Below are positions 55,011 to 64,000 of a stretch of 64,000 bases of DNA, in pieces. The position numbers were made by a program, and so were the translations under genes. Under the pieces are notes generated by a model that was not told the origin of the DNA, did no database searches, and saw only the letters and a list, made by a program, of their open reading frames with translations. The DNA is from Eledone cirrhosa (taxonomy: Eukaryota), in contig OZ024742.1 of assembly GCA_964016885.1 (NCBI GenBank), forward strand, positions 159,216,001 to 159,280,000, given 5' to 3'. Each line of letters starts with the position of its first letter. Position 1 is the first letter of the stretch.

Positions 55011-55394
55011 TTTGTTCACATTCGTAAACTTAGATTTATAGCATATAGAAGCCTTACAGCGAATATAAATGAGTAGAAGCCAGAAGGAAAGGTTTATGTA
55101 TATTTGGACGTGGTTTTATCATGTAGTAGGACAAGTAGCATATTTGATTATTGTCGATACTTTAAAAAATGTTATAGTACCAAAGAGATAAATCGGTTTG
55201 CTATGTAATATAAACCAAATAAAAGAATAAGCTTCGTAATGTAGAAAGTAGGATATTAAAGCTAGATACATGTGCAAACCTTAAAACAAATGTAATGGAC
55301 ATTGAATATGACTGCCTGTCTGTCAGTCTGCCTGTCTTTTTTTTTGCATGTACCCCCCCCCCCCCCTTTCAGTCTCTCTCTCTCAGTCTCTCTC

Positions 55395-55532
<138 letters not shown>

Positions 55533-56292
55533 CATCGCGCAGTTAAACGACTGGGAGTGAAGGACCCCTAGCCTTTGTCAGGGCATACTCCTAGGAGAAG
55601 GCAACTCAGGAAACTGGGATAACTCCGACATAAAACCTGCGACTCAGTAGTTACCGATGATGTTGATCTTTTCGGATTATAGCTAGTCACTCAGAGAGTG
55701 GGATTGGCTCAGTGCGCAGTCTTTCTTCACTTTAAAAAAAAATCTTCACGCACAGGCATTGCACGATGGCATTATTAATAATTATTACGTCCCTTAACGA
55801 TCTGAGTTCAAATCCAGCTGAGGTTGACTTTGCCTTTCATCCTTACGGGGTCGATAAAATAAAGTACCAGTAATGCACTGGGTAATTGCTGGCCTTGTGC
55901 CAAAAAGTAGAAACAATTATTAATAATTATTAATAATGTTATATCGTGCAATGGCCATACTCGATAACGAGAGGGGAGCCGTCATGTATGTAAAGGCGGC
56001 GAATTGGCAGAGTCGTTAAGATGTCGGATAGAATTCTTTACGGTATTCGTCACACCTCATTGCATGCTCTGAGTTCAAATCCCGCTAGGGTCAGCTTTGC
56101 CTTTCATTCTTTCGAGGTCGATAAAAAAGTACCAGTACTGGGGTCGATTCTCCCTCTATAGAAAAAATCGACTGTGTTCAGACCTGGAGAGGCCTGGGCT
56201 GCGTCAGGTTTAAACAGTGCCCTAGACACGCCGTATGACGGTGACTCTACGACTCCACAAGGAGTTATGGGATCTTTATCCTATCTTTTTTT

Positions 56293-56865
56293 ATGTATGT
56301 ATGTACGTATGTATGTATGTATGTATGTATGTATGTATGTATGTATGTATGTATGTATGTATGTATGTATGTATGTGTGCGTGTATGTATGTATGTGTGT
56401 ATGTATGTATGTATGTATGTATGTATGTATGTGTGCGTGTATGTGTGTATGTATGTATGTATGTATGTACGTATGTATGTATGTATGTATGTATGTATGT
56501 ATGTATGTATGTATGTATGTATGTATGTGTGCGTGTATGTATGTGTGTATGTATGTATGTACGTACGTATGTATGTATGTATGTATGTATGTATGTATGT
56601 ATGTATGTATGTATGTGACTAAAAAGTCACACTCGTTCAGCGCATCGGTAGGGGTTCTCCTACATGGATATAAAGTAGTGGCCGTACTCGAAAACGAGTT
56701 GGCCTGCCACCATGTATGTATGTATGTCTGTATGTATGTCTGTATGTATGTATGTATGTATGTCTGTATGTATGTATGTATGTATGTATGTATGTATGTC
56801 TGTATGTATGTATGTATGTATGTATGTATGTATGTATGTATGTATGTATGTATGTATGTATGTGT
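56293..56865. repeat. (TATG)n microsatellite interrupted by a ~95-bp insert (56617-56712) that also occurs at 63048-63143
   Basis: Direct match gactaa.aagtcacactcgttcagcgcatcgg...gccaccat. Confidence 0.85.
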
Positions 56866-57380
56866 GGTCACTCTTGAGTGCTACTGGTAACATGTAACCC
56901 AGTACAACCTGTCGCATGGTCGGGTCATCGGTGACTAAACCGGCAACCCCACCAAGTTTACTTGGTGAGGAGGGTGATTTTGCAGGACAAAAAACAAAAC
57001 TTGATAAAGGGCGGAAGAACTCATAAAAGTCAATGGCCATCCAAATGTGTGTAAATATGTATATAGACATTACCGTGAGGTTAAACCCCTGGGAGTGAAG
57101 GACCCCTAGCCTTTGTCAGGGCATTCTTCTAGGAGAAGGCAACTCAGGAAACTGGGATAACTCCGAATTAAAACCTGCAGCTCAGTAGTTCCTGATGATG
57201 TTGATCTTTTCTTCTTTTCGGGTTATAGCTACTGTCGCTCAGAGAGTGGGATTGGCTCAATGCACAGTCTTTCCGCACTTTAAAAAATATCTTCACGCAC
57301 AGGCATTGCACGATAGAATTAATTAATAATTATTAATAATGGTATATCGTGCAATGGCCATACTCGATAACGAGGGCAGC
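56866..57380 (+). mobile_element. Dispersed repeat resembling an RTE-type 5' UTR; copies at 55550-55770, 62540-62920 and a fragment at 23310-23390 (-)
   Basis: Shared ccctagcctttgtca..ctaggagaagg.aactc and gctactggt.acatgta.ccca.tacaacctg. Confidence 0.55.
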
Positions 57381-57685
57381 CATCATATATGATTGTATGT
57401 ATGTATGTGTGAGTGTGTGTTTGTGCATAGAACAATGAAGAAAAGACAGAAGTCAGACGTAGGTAGTTAATTAGTTCATTGGTTTTTGATCGTTCCAGAG
57501 GGTCGATTGATCGTGGAAGATCGATGTATCAACTAGCATGGAATTATTTAGGCTACTACCTATTTCTAGTCTCGAAATTCTTGTCGATCGACCGTCTTTT
57601 TCAGAAACACTAAACTATCATAGTTTAGTGTTTCTGAAGAATAAAATGAATTATGAATATCTACACCTCGCCTTCGCAATTATCA

Positions 57686-57865
57686 TTGGCAGTATCGGTA
57701 GAGGGTCGGACGCGATGCTTTGCTGCAAAGAGTTACGGCCCTTTATGGTCTGAGTTCAAATCCCGCCGAGGTTAACTTAGCCTTTCATCCTTACGGGGTC
57801 GATGAAATCAAGTACCAGTAATGCACTGGGATAATTGCTGGCCTTATATCAAAAGTAGAAATAAT
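57686..57865 (+). mobile_element. tRNA-derived SINE
   Basis: Same family as 16606-16792. Confidence 0.85.
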
Positions 57866-58099
57866 TATATTAAGGCTAAAGAGTGAGTCTTGTTACTCTG
57901 GAGTTTCGCCTGGTTATCTCAGTCATTAGATGAGAGTATATTAGATTTTTTCAGTGAAGGTTATAATAAGTACAATAATTAGGAAGACCACATTTCTTAA
58001 CGTTGTCCCAGATACAGATGGCCTGGACATTGCAGGAATGCCTTTGATCTTAGGTTTAGTCACTCAAGCGTATTTGTGGCTAAACAACACCATTAAATA

Positions 58100-59012
58100 C
58101 AACAATAACAACGTCAATAACAATATCACCATCACCATCAGCAATACCACAACCAAACCACTACCATCACCACCGCCGCCACCTCCAAAACCACCACCGT
58201 CGCCGCCACAGCTAATACCATCACCAATAGAACCACCACCACCACTACCACAACCATCACCAGCATCACTACTACAACCACTGTTTCCACTACCACCAAC
58301 ATCACCGCCATCACCGCCACGACCACCATTACCACCACTACCACCATTACCACCACTACCACCACCACCACCACTACCACAACCACCATTCCTACCACCG
58401 CCATCACCATCACTTTCACAACCACTATTTCCACTAGCACCACCATCACTACCATCACCACCACCACCACCACTACCACAACCACCATCACTACCATCAC
58501 CACCACCACCACCACTACCACAGCCACCATTCCTACCACCGCCATCACCATCACTTTCACAACCACTATTTCCACTAGCACCACCATCACTACAATCACC
58601 ACCACCACCACCACTACCACAACCACCATCACTACCATCACCACCACCACCACCACTACCACAGCCACCATTCCTACCACCGCCATCACCATCACTTTCA
58701 CAACCACTATTTCCACTAGCACCACCATCACTACCATCACCACCACCACCACCACTACCACAACCACCATCACTACTATCACCACCACCACCACCACTAC
58801 CACAACCACCATCACTACTATCACCACCACCACCACCACTACCACAACCACCATCACTACTATCACCACCACCACCACCACTACCACAACCACCATCACT
58901 ACCATCACCACCACCACCACCACTACCACAACCACCATCACTACCATCACCACCACCACCACCACCACTACCACAGCCACCATTCCTACCACCGCCATCA
59001 CCACCACCACAA
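58100..59012. repeat. (CCA/CTA)-based minisatellite with a 141-bp higher-order unit
   Basis: accactatttccactagcac at 58421, 58562 and 58703. Confidence 0.9.
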
Positions 59013-59222
59013 TCAGACTCAATGGAGACATGTCGAATAAACATGTAATAGTTTGACACCTGACGTAACTGTTTCAGTGGCTGCCATGATTATTGCATTA
59101 TGTAATATGATGAGAAGGTTCTCACATACAGACACATACTGGCACACAATTACACATATATGCATACATGCACATATATACACATATACATATATGTATA
59201 TATTATATATATATATATATAT

Positions 59223-59792
59223 ATGCAAGTATGTATGTATGTATACGTACATACATATATGTATACAGACGTACAGTAGTATGTATATATATACACACAT
59301 GCACACATATATATATATGCACGTATCGGTTTACCGAACATCTATTATAATGCTCGGTTTGTTTGTAAACAAACAAACAGCCCGAATTACGCCGTACAGT
59401 GTTTAGGCAACGACGTCACCTTTTTGTTCAACACTGACACAAGAACGATGTACTAGTTTCAAGCTTATTAGCTATCGTCAGCATCGTATACCTTCCTGCC
59501 AGATGGTTGAACGTCTGAAAGTATATACTTTCCTTATGCATAGTAACGGCTGAGCAGCCTAATTTGCATATCGAGTGAGTTCAGTCGGCCGGGCACACCG
59601 AAAACGATAAATGGAATAGAATGAAACGAAATTTCATTTCTCACTCTTATACGGCACTTACTTAAATGCAAGTATGTATGTATACGTACATACATATATG
59701 TATACAGACGTACAGTAGTATGTATATATATACATACATGCACACACATATATATATGCACGTATCGGTTTACCGAACATTTATTATAATGC
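59223..59792 (-). mobile_element. Family Q second copy (~1.3-mer, ~444-bp period) with hammerhead at 59445-59487
   Basis: atgcaagtatgtatg at 59223 and 59667; acgatg CTGACGA tagctaataagctt GAAA ctag TA catcgt. Confidence 0.87.
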
Positions 59793-60340
59793 CTCTGTGA
59801 TTTGTCTAAAAGACGCAATGTTTAGACAAATCAAAGAGGCAATAAACATAAATGAACTCCAACCAAAATTAAATAGAAAACATGAATGGAACAGCAACAT
59901 CACAACTTACAATTAAGGACAAAATGAAAACACACACACACGTAGAACAAACAAACAACCAGTAACATATAAATAAACAAATATAAACACACACAGACAC
60001 CCGGATGTAACACATGCGCAAACTAAGCACACATCACACACAAAAACAAGATGGCGTAGGACAGAACAAAGGAGAAGCACAAAAACAAAGAAAAGAATCC
60101 CTAGTCACTTAAGAGGTCACAGAATGTGTGACAATATATGAACAATCATCTGGTTGTGGAACCAACCAACCGGGAATTTATAAATTCCTAAATTTATAAA
60201 TTTAATTTATAATAAATTGAAGTGAAAGCAACTGGTGCGTATGTTTCTTATTGGCAACATGACCCTCCCAAAGTATAACAATATCGGTTTCAACACACGT
60301 TTTCAGATAAAGAATCTTGCTAAACAAATTCAGAAACGAA
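59791..60340 (+). mobile_element. 3' end of a Penelope-like element: GIY-YIG endonuclease C-terminus plus family K pLTR
   Basis: DAMFRQIKEAININELQPKLNRKHEWN* (~59812-59916), resembling Neptune-type RQIxEA..I..LNxKxEW, followed by family K sequence. Confidence 0.65.
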
Positions 60341-60488
60341 ATATATATATATATATATGCAAAAGTTCTATTTAAATTGTTGGGATACAACAAGCCTATA
60401 TTTTTATAACTGATATAAAGCACTCGACAAGTATTTGGAGTAAATATACGATATTAACAAATGGAAACTATATTTATAAAACCATATC

Positions 60489-60897
60489 TATTTTATTATA
60501 CATATTTCAAGGATACCATGTTAAATTATGGTATGCTTTCATCAGACAAAATACAATATATACCAGTTTTATAAATAAATTTTGACATACCCTTTCAAAA
60601 TGTAACCGTTACTTTTGGAAGACATCAGGGATATTGGATTTGTTTATCTTAGTAAGTCATTGTGTTACGGAGAAGGAAAAAGACGGTTTTTCTCTCCCTC
60701 CGTCTTTTTCCTTCTCCGTAACACAATGACTTACTAAGATAAACAAATCCATTATCCCTGATGTCTTCCAAAAGTAACGGTTACATTTTGAAAGGGTATG
60801 TCAAAATTCATTTATAAAACTGGTATATATTGTATTTTGTCTGATGAAAGCATACCATAATTTAACATGGTATCCTTGAAATATGTATAATAAAATA
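60489..60897. ncRNA. Inverted hammerhead pair (60489-60553 on -, 60833-60897 on +) in fold-back 60358-60940 (family R)
   Basis: tattttgt CTGATGA aagcatacca...tggtatcctt GAAA tatgta TA ataaaata; arms ~245 bp. Confidence 0.85.
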
Positions 60898-60937
60898 GAT
60901 ATGGTTTTATAAATATAGTTTCCATTTGTTAATATCG

Positions 60938-61009
<72 letters not shown>

Positions 61010-61011
<2 letters not shown>

Positions 61012-61199
61012 CGAAGGAAATGTGGTAAGGAACAAGGTGGACCATAACGCACCAAAGTACTCAATACTTAGGGTAGTATAGTGGGTAATAGGAACGAGTA
61101 GGACCCCGACGGCTGAGCTCAAGCCGTTTCGACGGCTAATTCTGGACTACCGGAATTAGCCGTCGAAACGGCTTGAGCTCAGCCGTCAGGGTCCTACTC

Positions 61200-61283
<84 letters not shown>

Positions 61284-61578
61284 ATATGTGTGTGTATATA
61301 TATATTTATGTATATATGTATATATATAAATATATATATATATAAATATTGATATATATATACATATATATATATAGGAACGATTAGGACCCCGACGGCT
61401 AAGCTCAAGCCGTTTCGACGGCTAATTCTGGACTAAAGTTTAGTCCAGAATTAGCCGTCGAAACGGCTTGAGCTCAGCCGTCGGGGTCCTACTCGTTCCT
61501 ATTACCCACTTTACTACCCTAACTATTGAGTACTTTGGTGCGTTATGGTCCACCTTGTTCCTTACCACATTTCCTCCG

Positions 61579-61580
<2 letters not shown>
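61010..61580. repeat. Two family N fold-backs (centres ~61147 and ~61438) carrying hammerhead 3' halves
   Basis: gccgtc GAAA cggct-tgagctc-agccg TC (g/a)gggtcc on both strands; no CTGANGA. Confidence 0.75.
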
Positions 61581-61639
<59 letters not shown>

Positions 61640-61892
61640 AGGGTGTTAAAGTTTGCTTGAAGCATTGTGAAATGTGTAAAATACGTAGTTAAGAAAGCCA
61701 CAACAATGCAGAGGGAAATCTCGAAGTAGGAAGTGAATGATAGATAAGAGAAATAGGAGAAAGTGAAAATAGAGAGAGACAAAGATGAAAACAAAACAAA
61801 GGTAGAAGGGTTACCGTAGTGGAGATTTAATCCCAATATTTCGGGCTCACGCCCATCAACGGGGGAAAGTTCCAAAGCTAAGCGGAGAAAGT

Positions 61893-61950
<58 letters not shown>

Positions 61951-61951
61951 A

Positions 61952-62126
<175 letters not shown>

Positions 62127-62139
62127 AATATATATATAA

Positions 62140-62412
62140 CAAATGGCGGACAACTGAGGCCACATACCGTTCCTCTCCGACAGATAACTTTCCCCCTCGG
62201 AAAACCGCTCAGTTGTCGGATGCGAAATCCGAAATATAGGGACAATTAAATCTCTCCCAAGGTAACTCTATCTCGTGTTAATATTTTTATTTTTACGCTC
62301 TTTCCTACGTTCCTCTACACACTATACATCTCATTCTACATTTCCTCTTCACCACCGGATTTTGTTACCCGGTGATTTACCCATCTGCATTGTTGAGGCT
62401 TCCAAAACGACC
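62140..62412 (+). repeat. Repeat homologous to 51970-52265
   Basis: tccgacaga.aac...atccgaaatat..agggacaattaaatctctcc.aaggtaactct...accaccggat.ttgttacccgg.gatttacccatctgcattgt.gaggcttc. Confidence 0.75.
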
Positions 62413-62468
62413 AAATTTTTATATATATATATATATTTTTCTTCCTAATAATCGTCTCATTCTCCCTG

Positions 62469-62535
<67 letters not shown>

Positions 62536-63672
62536 CAAGTCACCAGTTGGTGCTACTGGTGACATGTATCCCAATACAACCTGATTCATGGTCGGGTCGT
62601 TGGCGACTAAACTGGCAACCCCACCAAGGTTTCTTGGTGAGGAGGGTTACTTTGGACATCCTGCAGGAATAAAAACAAAACCTGTCAAAGGGCAAAGGAG
62701 CTCTTAAGAGTCAATGGCCATCCAAAATCACCGGGAGAGATGACCCCTTAGCCTTTGTCAAGGCAGAATTCTAGGAGAAGGAAAACTCTGATATAACACC
62801 TGCAACTCTGATGGTATCCAATGATGTTGACTTGTTCTTCTTTTTGGTAAATATCATCTTGGTTAAGAGAGTGGGACTGGCTTTGTGCAGTGCCTTTGCT
62901 CACTATAAAAGCTTCACGGCACAGCCATTCCTTTATATCTGGAGATCTCTCTGCACTTGTCGTTACATGGTACCATGGGCCCAGCACTATGTGTCAATAA
63001 TTGTCACAGGTCTAGTGTTTGTACCAGAGTTTTCAAGTCGCGGGCTGGACTAAGAAGTCACACTCGTTCAGCGCATCGGTGGGGGTTCTCCTACATGTAT
63101 ATAAAGTAGTGTCCGTACTCGAAAACGAGTTGGCAGCCACCATATATATATATATAAATATATGCATCGGTGGGGGTTCTCCTACATCGATATGTGATTT
63201 TCCACATTCCAGAATATTTTTCGCGGATATAGAGGTTATCTCCCTTGCTGGATTCCATGTGCGTTTTCAGCTAGGGTTGTGCTTTTTTATTCGTCTGGAC
63301 AAAGCTCGTTGATAAAGTATTTCCTGTCCGCCGCTCCCTAGAAGTCTTATATATTTTCATGTGGGCTGATAGTGGGCGATTTAAGGATTTACAGAAACCC
63401 AAGAAGCTAGATTTACCATCTTTCTAGTGGGTCCGGGTAAGCTTTTTACATTCATATGATTTATTGATTTATTGATATTTTATCTGAGTGACCCGAATCT
63501 TCCGGATCGTAATTTTTCGGTCGTATGGTTGATTTTAGACATGATCTATGTGTGTTGGTATTTTAACGATAGTTATAGCTCTGATTTATCTGAATTATTG
63601 AGCCCTCTGCCACTCATGTCGAATTTTGTTTATCGTGAACTCGTGCGCCGATTTTTCGATACTCGATTATTC

Positions 63673-63722
<50 letters not shown>

Positions 63723-63785
63723 TTATATATTTTTATACAATAATAAATATATATATATATATATATAATAAAAAATATATATATA

Positions 63786-63841
<56 letters not shown>

Positions 63842-63887
63842 AAAAATATATATATATAATAAATATATATATATATATAATAAACAT

Positions 63888-63948
<61 letters not shown>

Positions 63949-64000
63949 TATATATAATATATATATAATATATATATAAATATATATGTATATATATATA

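Noticed and set aside
56875-56950. HDV-like ribozyme at the start of the RTE-leader-like repeat
   Set aside because: Could not build the nested P1/P2/P3 pseudoknot by eye.
57954-59059. 364-aa Pro-rich, 331-aa Gly-rich and Val-rich ORFs
   Set aside because: Open in several frames on both strands because it is a CCA-based minisatellite; no evidence of coding function.
63240-63680. Possible GIY-YIG remnant (QRALSRRIKKHNPS, minus strand)
   Set aside because: A single short motif with no supporting frame.

Overview
Eukaryotic, AT-rich, microsatellite-dense DNA ((TA)n, (CA)n, (GA)n, (TATG)n). The abundant tRNA-derived SINE suggests a cephalopod (octopus-like) genome; this is inference. No host gene exon is recognisable, and most ORF-track entries are microsatellite translations. 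The window is a transposon landscape: a near-intact Penelope-like (Naiad-type, GLYRDD) RT running off the left edge, decayed CRE, Tx1, RTE and CR1 retrotransposons, Helitron, Merlin, mariner and Chapaev3-like DNA elements, MITEs and SINEs. The main signal is non-coding. About 15 fold-back (inverted-repeat) inserts lie in or next to (TA)n tracts, and many carry type I hammerhead ribozymes whose sense strands point outward to the TA tracts. Two hammerhead families (~483 nt and ~430-444 nt monomers) occur as circularly permuted, longer-than-unit copies with compensatory base changes, as expected for circular-RNA retrozymes. A shared ACTC...GAGTRC stem recurs near the 3' end of unrelated families. 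All structures were read by eye; nothing was computed or searched.
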